A DNA stretch of 64,000 bases from a bacterium (lineage in GTDB: Bacteria; SZUA-182; DTGQ01; JAFGSM01): the NCBI GenBank assembly GCA_049472315.1, contig JBLIRN010000009.1, forward strand, positions 20,375 through 84,374, read 5' to 3'. The notes beneath the pieces were generated by a model. The model searched no databases. It was not told the origin of the DNA and saw only the letters and a list, made by a program, of their open reading frames with translations. The position numbers were made by a program, and so were the translations under genes. Positions 51,478 through 60,864 of the stretch are shown one piece after another (position 1 is the first letter of the stretch; each line of letters starts with the position of its first letter).

Positions 51478-52818
51478 ATGAAAGCGATGACCTTCAAGGG
51501 AGGAATACATCCCCCTCATTACAAAGGAACGGCAGACAAGCCGATCATTCTCTGTCCCATCCCTCCGAGGATCTACGTTCCCATGAGTCAGCACATAGGC
51601 CAGCCCGCGAGATGCCTGGTGAAAGAGGGAGACCGGGTGAAGGCTCGTCAAAAGATCGGCGAGGCGGAATCCTTTATCTCATCGCCGGTGCATGCGAGCG
51701 TCTCCGGAGTGGTCGAGCACGTGGGGCCTCATCTCCATTTTACCGGAAAGATGATGGAGATGGTGACTATCGTCCCCGATTATGTGCAGGAAGAGTTACA
51801 GGGACGCGGGCCTGACATGAACACCGCACCTCCGCCGGATGAGATCCGAGAGGATGTCAAGGCGGCGGGGATCGTGGGAATGGGCGGTGCGGCATTTCCA
51901 ACCGCGGTCAAGCTGAGCCCTCCGCCTGACAAGCCTATAGACAGCGTTATTATCAACGGGTGCGAGTGCGAGCCCTTTCTCACCGCAGATCACCGCTTGA
52001 TGCTCGAACAGGCAGAGTTGCTGATCGATGGGTTACGGCTGATCATGCATTGCGTGGGGGCGCGGAACGGCTATATCGGCATCGAGGATAATAAGCCCGA
52101 CGCAATTCTTACAATGAATTCCGAGCTTCAGAAAGAGGTGCCCGAATGGGCCGGGGCCATGCGGATACGCGTGTGTCCCGTGAAGACAAAGTATCCCCAG
52201 GGAGGTGAAAAGCAGCTCATCTACGCCATCCTCGGCAGGGAGGTCCCGGTGAGGAGCCTGCCCAGTGTGGTGGGCGCCCTTGTACAAAATGTGGGTACCG
52301 CGATTGCAATATCCGAGGCGGTGCGCCTGAAAAAACCCCTGGTGGACCGAGTGGTGACGGTAACCGGTCCGGCAATACGGGATCCGCAGAACTTGCGGGT
52401 GAAGCTGGGAACCACGGTTTCGTGGTTGATCAAGGTGTGCCATGGTTTTTCCGAGCCATCCTCAAAGGATATTATGGGCGGTCCCATGACGGGATTCCTT
52501 TTGGATAATCTCGAGGTGCCTGTGGTGAAAGGAACTTCGGGGATTGTTTCCCTCACCGGTGACCTGGTGGAGGCTCGCCTGCGGCACCGATTGCCCTGTG
52601 TCAGGTGTGGAAAATGCGCTGATGCCTGTCCGATGTACCTGGTGCCGAGTCTCATAGGAAGATTTTCGGAAAAGGGGCGCTATCAGGATGCTGAGGAGGC
52701 CAAGGCCATGGATTGCATCGAGTGCGGCTCCTGCGTGTACACCTGCCCGTCACGTATACCGCTGGTGCAATTGATTCGCGAGGCCAAGGCGGCGATTCTT
52801 TCAATGAAAAGGAGATGA
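51478..52818 (+). CDS. rnfC: RnfC/RsxC-like NADH/FMN-binding Fe-S subunit
   Basis: TFKGGIHP, AGIVGMGGAAFPT, NGCECEPFLTAD, YPQGGEKQL, GGPM, CVRCGKCADACP, CIECGSCVYTCP. Confidence 0.95.
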   Translation: MKAMTFKGGIHPPHYKGTADKPIILCPIPPRIYVPMSQHIGQPARCLVKEGDRVKARQKIGEAESFISSPVHASVSGVVEHVGPHLHFTGKMMEMVTIVPDYVQEELQGRGPDMNTAPPPDEIREDVKAAGIVGMGGAAFPTAVKLSPPPDKPIDSVIINGCECEPFLTADHRLMLEQAELLIDGLRLIMHCVGARNGYIGIEDNKPDAILTMNSELQKEVPEWAGAMRIRVCPVKTKYPQGGEKQLIYAILGREVPVRSLPSVVGALVQNVGTAIAISEAVRLKKPLVDRVVTVTGPAIRDPQNLRVKLGTTVSWLIKVCHGFSEPSSKDIMGGPMTGFLLDNLEVPVVKGTSGIVSLTGDLVEARLRHRLPCVRCGKCADACPMYLVPSLIGRFSEKGRYQDAEEAKAMDCIECGSCVYTCPSRIPLVQLIREAKAAILSMKRR

Positions 52819-52822
52819 CCGG

Positions 52823-53854
52823 ATGGAAAAGGGTGAAAGGCGAGAGCAGTTCGTACCGAACACCCCCGCCCATATCTATTCCCCTGTTGATGTAGCTGTC
52901 GCCATGAACGACGTGATCATCTCCCTCCTTCCCGCGCTCGTTGCGGCCACTATCTTTTTTGGTCTCAATGCGATCTATTTGAGCATCGTATGTATTTCCG
53001 TGGCCGTGATAACCGAGGTGGTGATGCGACGACTCCTTAACCGGCCTTTTTCCCTGTGGGATCGAAGTGCGGTGCTCACCGGATTGCTTCTTGCCCTTAC
53101 CCTTCCCGCCACAACCCCTTGGTGGCTTGCCGCCCTGGGGGCGTTTGTCGCCATTGCGGTAGCCAAGGAACTCTTCGGGGGAATCGGCCGGAATATCTTC
53201 AATCCTGCATTGTTCGGGCGGGTCTTTATCTTTGTCGTGCCCTCGTGGAAGATATTGCTGGATAATTATGTAAGGCCGATGTGGTGGAAGGATCTTGGCT
53301 TTTTTTCGATCATCACCTCCCGTCTCAAAGATGGCGGGGTGACCATCATGACCCTTGCCGGGCAGTACGTGGATGGCCTTACCGGGGCAACCCCGTTGGC
53401 GATCGAGCGGGCGAGGGCTGTCATGGCTGTTCAGGGCGTACGCTATCTGGACCTGTTTTGGGGGAATATACGGGGCAGTCTCGGGGAGACCTCGGCGCTT
53501 GCCCTGCTGATCGGTGCGGCTTACCTTCTGTACCGGGGGCACATCAATTGGCGGATCCCCGGAAGTATCATAGGTACGGTGGCGGTTGTCGCGGTGTTGT
53601 GGGGACAAAACCCCGTGTTTCATATCCTTGCTGGCGGCCTGATTCTGGGGGCATTTTTTATGGCAACCGACTGGGTGACCAGTCCGGTATCGGCAAAGGG
53701 ACAGATCATTTACGGGGTGGCAATCGGGCTTTTTATTATGCTGGTTCGACGATTCGGGCTCAAGACGGAAGGGGTTGCCCTGGCCATACTGCATATGAAT
53801 CCATTGGTCCTCTTTATTGACCGCTATACCCTGCCAAGGCCGTTCGGAGGCTGA
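52823..53854 (+). CDS. rnfD: RnfD/NqrB-family membrane flavoprotein
   Basis: KELFGGIGRNIFNPA, DGLTGATPL (FMN-attachment TGAT), GSLGETS, FFMATDWVTSP. Confidence 0.94.
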   Translation: MEKGERREQFVPNTPAHIYSPVDVAVAMNDVIISLLPALVAATIFFGLNAIYLSIVCISVAVITEVVMRRLLNRPFSLWDRSAVLTGLLLALTLPATTPWWLAALGAFVAIAVAKELFGGIGRNIFNPALFGRVFIFVVPSWKILLDNYVRPMWWKDLGFFSIITSRLKDGGVTIMTLAGQYVDGLTGATPLAIERARAVMAVQGVRYLDLFWGNIRGSLGETSALALLIGAAYLLYRGHINWRIPGSIIGTVAVVAVLWGQNPVFHILAGGLILGAFFMATDWVTSPVSAKGQIIYGVAIGLFIMLVRRFGLKTEGVALAILHMNPLVLFIDRYTLPRPFGG

Positions 53855-53879
53855 ATATCATTCTGCACACACTATCGTT

Positions 53880-53908
53880 TTGATATTCCACACAATATAG
53901 TATATAAT
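53880..53908 (+). promoter_or_regulatory. Sigma70 promoter of the PAS kinase/response regulator pair
   Basis: TTGATA-17 bp-TATAAT, 25 bp after the rnfD stop. Confidence 0.65.
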
Positions 53909-54043
53909 AAATTGCTCTTTAAAAATGGACATTTTTATAACTGCTCACTACGGTGCGGAAAAAGACAAATTCCCTTCGCGTAAGATAGTGATCAATTAAA
54001 CATTTTCGAACGACTCATTGCGCAGTCGCTCATAGGGAAGGGT

Positions 54044-55180
54044 ATGGACAGGAAGGATAAAGACATACGTCAGGAGTACCAGGATTTAAACAGGATCTTC
54101 ATGAGGATGGGTGATGGATTTCTGGTCATGGACAAGGATAAGCGAATTATGTTCATGAATCAGCATCTGGTGGGCCTTTACGGATATCAAATCGGCAAGC
54201 ATTGCTATGAGGTGTTTTTCGACGGCTCCAAGCCGTGTGAAGGATGTTCAATCAACGACATCGTGAAAAATGACAAGGAAGTGATGCGGCATACACGCTG
54301 TGACAGGGATAAATTCGGCCGCTGGCTGGAAATGACCTGTATACCCACCGTCTTTACCTCGGATGATTCCAATGAGGAGAATACCTATATCCTTGAGGTC
54401 ATTCACGACATTACGGCCAGAAAGAAGCTCGAGGATGAGATCAGGGAGAAGAACCTTGAATTGAAGCAGAAGAACGAAGAGCTTGAAAATTTTGTCTATA
54501 CCGTATCCCACGATCTGAAATCCCCGATCTTTTCCCTTCAGGGAGTGGTAAGTGCCTTGATCGAGGATTATGCGGACTCCATGGATGACACCTTCAGGGA
54601 GTATCTGGAGGATATTCGTAACAGCGCCCAGAAAATGGGGCAGTTGGTCCATGATTTACTCAATCTTTCCCGGGTAGGAAGGACACGAAATCCACGGGAA
54701 GAGGTGCCTGCACGAGAGGTAATCGACGAGGCGATCGAGCAGACGAAATTTCAATTGAATTCCAAGGGGGTTGAACTCTACGTCGAGGAGGAGCTTCCCA
54801 TGTGTTACTGCGACAAGCAGATGATCGTATTGGCCCTGGTAAACCTCCTGGACAATGCAGTCAAATATATGGGTGACAATCCCTATCCGAGCATAGAGAT
54901 CGGGTGTCGCACCGAGGCCGATTATCAGGTCTTTTATGTGAAGGATAACGGCATCGGCATTGATCCCAAATATCACGAAAAGATATTCGAAATCTTTCAG
55001 TCGTTGGGAGAGATCAAGGATCCGAAAAGCACCGGCGTCGGTCTCGCCATTGTCAAGCGGGTGGTGGAGGTCCACCTGGGAAAGGTCTGGGTGGAATCCG
55101 AGAAGGGGAAGGGATCGACATTCCTGTTTCGCATCCCCGGCAAGCAATTAATCCTTGCAAAAACAGGCAGCAATCCATGA
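54044..55180 (+). CDS. PAS-domain sensor histidine kinase
   Basis: PAS with CYEVF/PCEGC, FVYTVSHDLKSP, NLLDNAVKY, DNGIG, TGVGL. Confidence 0.92.
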   Translation: MDRKDKDIRQEYQDLNRIFMRMGDGFLVMDKDKRIMFMNQHLVGLYGYQIGKHCYEVFFDGSKPCEGCSINDIVKNDKEVMRHTRCDRDKFGRWLEMTCIPTVFTSDDSNEENTYILEVIHDITARKKLEDEIREKNLELKQKNEELENFVYTVSHDLKSPIFSLQGVVSALIEDYADSMDDTFREYLEDIRNSAQKMGQLVHDLLNLSRVGRTRNPREEVPAREVIDEAIEQTKFQLNSKGVELYVEEELPMCYCDKQMIVLALVNLLDNAVKYMGDNPYPSIEIGCRTEADYQVFYVKDNGIGIDPKYHEKIFEIFQSLGEIKDPKSTGVGLAIVKRVVEVHLGKVWVESEKGKGSTFLFRIPGKQLILAKTGSNP

Positions 55181-55596
55181 GTATCTTGTTGATAGAGGAT
55201 GATCCGATCCATGTAAAGCTGATAAAGAGGGCGCTCGAAAAGGGGGGATATGGCGACAATATCACCTGCATCAATGACGGGGAGAAGGCGATACAATACC
55301 TCTTCCCCCAGGACTATTCTCAACGGCTTCCGCTTCCCAGGCTCATCCTCCTTGATGTAAATCTCCCCAAGATAAACGGCATAGAGGTCCTTCGGAGGAT
55401 CAAGGAAGATGCACGGCTGAGGGGCATTCCGGTGGTAATGCTCACCACCTCAAGCAACCGCGTGGATATGGAGAATTGTTTTCGCAACGCTGCCAACAGC
55501 TATATCATAAAACCCCTTGATTTTCAGAACTTCATCGATAAGATGAGGACCGTTGCCCATTACTGGCTCGAGGTCAACACCTCGCCCAAGGAATAA
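55177..55596 (+). CDS. Single-domain response regulator (Rcp1-like)
   Basis: LIEDD, LLDVNLPK, VMLTTS, NSYIIKP; ATGA overlap with the kinase. Confidence 0.92.
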   Translation: MSILLIEDDPIHVKLIKRALEKGGYGDNITCINDGEKAIQYLFPQDYSQRLPLPRLILLDVNLPKINGIEVLRRIKEDARLRGIPVVMLTTSSNRVDMENCFRNAANSYIIKPLDFQNFIDKMRTVAHYWLEVNTSPKE

Positions 55597-55639
55597 TCCC
55601 CTGTCTCATCCGAGGAATATCCTCGGTCTGCTGCCGGCC

Positions 55640-56836
55640 TCATGCCATACCTTCGATATAATCCATGATCCTTTCCGCAACCCATCGCTTGTCTCCCTTG
55701 GGGAGGGGATGGACCGTTCCTGATCGGTGGACGAGAGTGACCTGGTTCGTATCCGAGTCAAACCCGGCATCGGGGCGTGAGATATCGTTGGCGATAATGA
55801 GGTCCAGGTTCTTTTGAACCATCTTTTCCCGTGCATTCGGTATAAGGTCACGGTCTTCTGCGGCGAATCCCACCAGGATCTGGCCTGACCCCTTTCGCTT
55901 CCCCATTGCGGCAAGGATATCAGTGGTAGGCTCCAGGCGAATCTCGGTGAACCGCTCCCGTTTTTTTATCTTTGTGTCCTTCTGGGTGACGGGCTTAAAA
56001 TCGGCAACGCCCGCCGCCATGATGGTGATCTCCGCATCGGAAAACGCCTCGTTCACCGCAGACAGCATCTCATCCGCAGTGGTCACCTTTACCACTGATA
56101 CGCCGGCCGGGGGCGGCAGCGAGGTGGGGCCGCTTATCAGGGTGACCCGGGCCCCCCGCATACAGGCTGCCTCGGCAAGGGCATAGCCCATTTTTCCCGA
56201 TGATCGATTGGAAATAAACCGCACAGGATCGATTGGCTCCCGGGTGGGACCTGCCGTAATAAGAAATCTTCGGCCCTTGAACGGCTGCTGCGGATTCAAG
56301 ATCTCTTGAACCTTGTCGCAGATATCCTCCAGCGGCGCCAGGTGTCCCTGGCCACGTTGGCCGCACACAACCTCGGCATCGACCGGATCGACGAAAAAGA
56401 CCCCTTGTCCCTTGAGGGCCGCGATGTTGGCCTGGACCATCGGGTGGGCGTACATCGAGGGATTCATTGCCGGGGCAATCAGCACGGGAGATCGCTGGGC
56501 CAGAAACAGGGCTGACAAGAGGTCGTCGGCGAGTCCATGGGCAAACGCAGCGATACAATGGGCGGTGGCTGGGGCGACCAGAAGGAGATCATTGTGTTGT
56601 GCAAGATGGATATGGGGGACCGGACCGTAGGGAGAGGGAGAAAAAAGATTTGTGGCAACGGCATTGCGGGAGAGCGCAGCAAGGGTCATCGGTGAAATGA
56701 AGCGCTGTGAATCGGCGGTCATCACCACCGTTATCTCCAGGTGCCTTTTCTGCAGCTCCCGGATGATATCAGCAGCCTTGTATGCGGCGATGCTGCCGGT
56801 GACACCTACAATGATTCGTTTGGGGGCAGAATCCAC
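55640..56836 (-). CDS. coaBC: Phosphopantothenoylcysteine decarboxylase/ligase
   Basis: GVTGSIAAYK, APATA, PAMN, TAGPTREPIDPVRFISNRSSGKMG, GFAAE. Confidence 0.97.
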   Translation of the reverse strand: MDSAPKRIIVGVTGSIAAYKAADIIRELQKRHLEITVVMTADSQRFISPMTLAALSRNAVATNLFSPSPYGPVPHIHLAQHNDLLLVAPATAHCIAAFAHGLADDLLSALFLAQRSPVLIAPAMNPSMYAHPMVQANIAALKGQGVFFVDPVDAEVVCGQRGQGHLAPLEDICDKVQEILNPQQPFKGRRFLITAGPTREPIDPVRFISNRSSGKMGYALAEAACMRGARVTLISGPTSLPPPAGVSVVKVTTADEMLSAVNEAFSDAEITIMAAGVADFKPVTQKDTKIKKRERFTEIRLEPTTDILAAMGKRKGSGQILVGFAAEDRDLIPNAREKMVQKNLDLIIANDISRPDAGFDSDTNQVTLVHRSGTVHPLPKGDKRWVAERIMDYIEGMA

Positions 56837-56881
56837 GGATAATCCCTTATTTGATCGGAGCAGCGAATAACGCAGTATGGC

Positions 56882-57175
56882 CTAGGATGATACCTGTGCC
56901 TCCTCTGAGGATTCCTGGGAGGGAACGGCGTCGGGGGCTGCGGTATCCTCCTGCTCAGGCTTGTCCTGGATGATGACCTTTCCTTCCAGGATCTCCATGA
57001 GCGCTATGGTCGGAGGCTTGATCTTCTGCGTCCGCACCTGGGCAACCTGGTTGGAAGGCAATCCCCTCTCCTTTGCCATAAAATTGAGCTGCTTGCTTCT
57101 CCTTGCCGCCCCTAATACGAGCTTGAATTTTGAGTCAACCGGAGATTCTCCGACGCAAATGTCTTTGTTCTTCAT
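56882..57175 (-). CDS. rpoZ: RNA polymerase omega subunit
   Basis: SKFKLVLGAARRSKQL...KPPTIALMEILEG; lies between gmk and coaBC. Confidence 0.85.
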   Translation of the reverse strand: MKNKDICVGESPVDSKFKLVLGAARRSKQLNFMAKERGLPSNQVAQVRTQKIKPPTIALMEILEGKVIIQDKPEQEDTAAPDAVPSQESSEEAQVSS

Positions 57176-57269
57176 CTATCCTCCTGATATGAAACTATGG
57201 TCTGTGTGGTTAAAAAACCTACAACCGATGCATGGCCTACGAAGGGCATCGATGCCGGCGTCCCCCCTC

Positions 57270-57899
57270 TCACCGAAGAGTGCGGGATTCAAGGATGTTC
57301 CGAACAAAGGGCCGCCGTCTCTTCAGGCGGCATCGTTCAGCCTGAATGATCCCCTTCAACTCTTCAACAGCCGTGGTGAAGTCGTCATTGATAATGATGT
57401 ATTGGTATTCTTCAAAGGCCCGCAATTCGGAGATTGCATTCTCCAAACGCAATTGGATTTCCTCCGGTTTCTCGGTCTGTCTTTTGCTCAGTCGCGCCTT
57501 GAGCTCCTGCAGTGAGGGCGGGATGACAAATATGAAGATTCCCTCGGTATAGACCCTCTTCAACATCTTCGCGCCGGAGATATCAATATCAAGAAGGCAA
57601 TCGAGTCCCTTGCCTGTTTTATCATTCACAAATTCCCTGGAGGTGCCGTAGTAATGTCCGTGCACCTGTGCCCATTCAACGAATTGTTCCTCCTCGATCA
57701 TCCTTTTGAAGATTTCCTCGGACACATAGAAATAATCAACACCATCCGCCTCTCCCCTTCTCTTTTTTCTGGTCGTATAGGAGACCGAGTAGGCGAGCCC
57801 GGGGACAAATGACCGTATTGCCCTGCAGATGCTTGTCTTACCGGCACCTGATGGGGCGGATATAATAAAGGGTATTCCTTTAGGCAAATCAGGTTCCAT
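57270..57899 (-). CDS. gmk: Guanylate kinase
   Basis: SAPSGAGKT, SVSYTTR, GVDYFYV, HGHYYGT, PPS. Confidence 0.96.
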   Translation of the reverse strand: MEPDLPKGIPFIISAPSGAGKTSICRAIRSFVPGLAYSVSYTTRKKRRGEADGVDYFYVSEEIFKRMIEEEQFVEWAQVHGHYYGTSREFVNDKTGKGLDCLLDIDISGAKMLKRVYTEGIFIFVIPPSLQELKARLSKRQTEKPEEIQLRLENAISELRAFEEYQYIIINDDFTTAVEELKGIIQAERCRLKRRRPFVRNILESRTLR

Positions 57900-57927
57900 T
57901 ATATATCGTCGTTATCGATAAGGAGCA

Positions 57928-58182
57928 CTACACATCCTGCTGTTCAGACGAGAATCTCTGGGAGATGGTCTCCGGCTGAACAGCCGAGAGGATTACATGG
58001 TCACTATCGGTGACGATAATGGCCCGCGTTCGCCTCCCATGGGTGGCATCAATCAATTTGTTCTTATCCCGCGCCTCCTCTTTGAAGCGTTTCATCGGCG
58101 CAGAACTCGGTGTAACAATTGCCACGATGCGGGACCCGACCACGACATTTCCAAAACCTATATTAATAAAATTATGCCCCAA
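57928..58182 (-). CDS. DUF370 / RemA-family protein
   Basis: TTG start after AAGGAGG; INIGFGN...SAPMKR...[14 protein letters not shown]...[11 protein letters not shown]. Confidence 0.9.
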   Translation of the reverse strand: MGHNFINIGFGNVVVGSRIVAIVTPSSAPMKRFKEEARDKNKLIDATHGRRTRAIIVTDSDHVILSAVQPETISQRFSSEQQDV

Positions 58183-58216
58183 GTATGCCTCCTTCCCCCA
58201 GGCTGGATTCCCTGCG

Positions 58217-59086
58217 TCATTCAATATTTTGGATCTGTTCTCGTATCTTTTCCAATTCGGACTTGATTTCCACCACACGGGTGGTTATGGGAACATCAAG
58301 GGTCTTTGCCCCCAGGGTATTTGCCTCACGGTACAACTCCTGTACAAGGAAATCCATTTTTCGCCCCACCGGCCCATCCTCTGTCATGAGTTCCCTCATC
58401 TGCTGAATGTGGGCATCGAGCCGCACCTTTTCCTCGGTGACATCGGACTTCTCCGCCTGCAGTATCATTTCCTGCCCCAAACGTTCATCCGGGACCTCGA
58501 TGTTGAAGGTGTCTTTGATCTTTTCCTGCAAATTGGATCGGTATTCCTTCACTGATAAGGGGATTCGCTTGGCAATCGCCTCAAGGTGCGTGGATATGGC
58601 ATCCAATCGCGCCTGGATGTCATGACTGAGGGCCTCTCCTTCCCGCCTCCGCATCTCCAGAAGATTCTTCATGGCATCATCCAATGCCTGCCTGATCACC
58701 GGCCAAAACTCCTCCTCGGAAAGCCCTTCCCTTATCTTGATAATATCCCCGCATCGAAGCACATCCTGGAGCGATATCCCTTCCCGGATTCCAAGCTCAT
58801 CCCTGAGGCAATCAAGACATCGGTAATATTGGCCCGCCAGAGGGAGATCCACTTCGAGGAGATCATTGGCCCCGGTGTGGTCGATGGTGACAGTAACCTC
58901 AACCCTTCCTCTATTGATGATACCCTTGAGGTAATTTCTCACCTGTATGTCCAGACCGTTGAATCCGCGGGGGAGTCGCGTAAAGATATCCAGGAATCGA
59001 TGGTTGAGTGATTTAATCTCAACGGTCACGGATGAACCGGCATGGTCCACAACACCCCGTGCAAAACCTGTCATGCTTTTAATCAT
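58217..59086 (-). CDS. yicC: YicC/YloC family endoribonuclease
   Basis: [45 protein letters not shown]. Confidence 0.95.
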   Translation of the reverse strand: MIKSMTGFARGVVDHAGSSVTVEIKSLNHRFLDIFTRLPRGFNGLDIQVRNYLKGIINRGRVEVTVTIDHTGANDLLEVDLPLAGQYYRCLDCLRDELGIREGISLQDVLRCGDIIKIREGLSEEEFWPVIRQALDDAMKNLLEMRRREGEALSHDIQARLDAISTHLEAIAKRIPLSVKEYRSNLQEKIKDTFNIEVPDERLGQEMILQAEKSDVTEEKVRLDAHIQQMRELMTEDGPVGRKMDFLVQELYREANTLGAKTLDVPITTRVVEIKSELEKIREQIQNIE

Positions 59087-59199
59087 TCACATTACCCAAA
59101 CACATTATATAATCACAGGATTGCTGCGATGCTCATGAAGGATCCACGAACGCTGAAGGCAAAAGGAGCATGTATATTCATAAGGCTATAGAGCAAACA

Positions 59200-59228
59200 A
59201 TTTTACAAAATTTAGTCCTTTTTGTCAA
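59200..59228 (-). promoter_or_regulatory. Sigma70 promoter of the yicC operon
   Basis: TTGACA-17 bp-TAAAAT. Confidence 0.65.
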
Positions 59229-59244
59229 TCTATGGCATGATTCG

Positions 59245-59310
59245 TGTCAAGCCAAAATAGAAATGTCCTATTTTTACCTAAGCAGAAATGTCCATTTTTA
59301 AGGTAAGGCT
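59245..59310 (+). mobile_element. Orphan IS end (TGT-terminal, ISNCY/IS1202-like)
   Basis: TGTCAAGCCAAAATAGAAATGTCC...; internal direct repeat AGAAATGTCC at 59259 and 59284; no transposase. Confidence 0.5.
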
Positions 59311-59465
59311 CCGGTTATCGAATGTATGCGGACGTACTTGCTTCACGGGAACGCCCAAAAGGCATCCCTGTATCACATTGTAGAATCTCTTCCCGTGATT
59401 ATGTATCGAAGCGATTGGATATGCCAAAATCTGTGCGGGCGTTGATAAAAGAGCGGAAAAAGACA

Positions 59466-59494
59466 ACCCGCCAAGGGTGAATCCCTTGGCGGGT
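59466..59494 (-). terminator. Intrinsic terminator of the Tyr-Gly repeat gene
   Basis: Perfect 12-bp stem ACCCGCCAAGGG/CCCTTGGCGGGT followed by TGTCTTTTT on the minus strand. Confidence 0.85.
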
Positions 59495-59514
59495 GGAGAT
59501 ATTGTAATGATGGG

Positions 59515-60471
59515 TTAAATGAGCGCCGGCAGGAGTTCCAGCTCGAACTGACCGACTTCGTATATCTTCACATTGCCTCCTTGATAATCCGCAATCTGGT
59601 AGGTGCCCGTCAGGTGGGTCGGGGTCTTGAGCGTGCATATGATATCTACCGACAGTGGCTTCGGACCGAAGGATGTCTGTACCGAGCCCTGGAGGGTCAC
59701 GAGGTTGTTGGAGGCGGTTCCGTTCAGGGTGACCCCTGCACCCAGGAATGCGTTCAGCTCAAGCACGGCAAACCCTGATACCGAGCCCGCAATAAAGGGA
59801 TCCTCGACGATATCCAATGTCATGGGACCGGCGAGGATGGCAGATGCGGTGCTGTCAACGGCGATCCACTCACCCACCCATGTTCCGGCCTGCTCGGCTA
59901 TGTAGATCGGGAGAAGCGTCGTCCCCGCAATGCCGGCTACCGGAAGCGTCAAGGCCGGTGAGGGCAAGAGCGAGAGCGGAGAGAACGGCGCGAGCGGCAG
60001 GAGTGCCTGGGTTGCAGCGGTTGGTGTCGCCGTGGTTGTTGGTTTCAGGAGACCCAGCTGATTGAGAAGATAACCGGTGCTGAGGAAGTCCGCGGCAAGG
60101 CCGTTCATACCGTACATGCCACCAAGCCCATAGAGTCCCAGGCCACCGAGTCCGTAAAGCCCCATTCCATACATGCCGCCGAGTCCATAGAGCCCCAGCC
60201 CACCAAGTCCATAGAGTCCCAGGCCGCCAAGTCCATAGAGCCCCATACCGTACAAGCTGCTGAGTCCATACAATCCGCTGAGTCCGTAGAGTCCCATCCC
60301 GCTCAAACCATAGATCCCGCCAAGCCCGTATAGCCCGCCGAGGCCGTATATACCGCGCCCCAGGAGCCCACCGTAATAGGCCGAGCCCTGCTGTGGAAGG
60401 ATGAGTGAGAAAAGGAGCAAAACGAGGATCGGAAAGATCAAAATCGAAATCTTCTTCTTGGCCATCTCCAT
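59515..60471 (-). CDS. Secreted Gly/Leu/Tyr-repeat protein with C-terminal beta-rich domain
   Basis: GGAGG RBS, signal peptide ending QQGSA, 14 YG repeats, Thr/Pro/Ala linker, C-terminal AGTWVGEW...GTYQI...GQFEL. Confidence 0.85.
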   Translation of the reverse strand: MEMAKKKISILIFPILVLLLFSLILPQQGSAYYGGLLGRGIYGLGGLYGLGGIYGLSGMGLYGLSGLYGLSSLYGMGLYGLGGLGLYGLGGLGLYGLGGMYGMGLYGLGGLGLYGLGGMYGMNGLAADFLSTGYLLNQLGLLKPTTTATPTAATQALLPLAPFSPLSLLPSPALTLPVAGIAGTTLLPIYIAEQAGTWVGEWIAVDSTASAILAGPMTLDIVEDPFIAGSVSGFAVLELNAFLGAGVTLNGTASNNLVTLQGSVQTSFGPKPLSVDIICTLKTPTHLTGTYQIADYQGGNVKIYEVGQFELELLPALI

Positions 60472-60563
60472 AACCTCCTTTAGGTGAGAGTTAAGATCCC
60501 TTTTCCTCCTTTACCTTAAAAACTATAAAAAATTTTTTTAAATTTCGGTTAACATTTTTTTGA

Positions 60564-60580
60564 AGCAAGGCCGATGCCAA
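60564..60580 (-). promoter_or_regulatory. Sigma54 (-24/-12) promoter of the repeat-protein gene
   Basis: TTGGCATCGGCCTTGCT, exact GG-N10-GC spacing. Confidence 0.8.
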
Positions 60581-60864
60581 AAATAGAAGGGAATATATAA
60601 TGAAATTACTAATTAATTTTCAGACTGTTAGAAGCTTAACACAGGCGAAAATGACTGGGCTGACGATACTCGCAGGGGGATAAAATCTGGTTGTCTGTCA
60701 TAAAATCTATACGAGCACAATGCATATGTGCGGAAATAGATTTGATGCCCTGGGGAAGGTTATCTATAATTGGTATGTTCTTCGTCCTTGGCTGCCGCCG
60801 AATCGAGAGGATGCATCAAAGACCCATTGCTCACCATTGAGCAGCTACAAAAAAGGAAGGCCCA

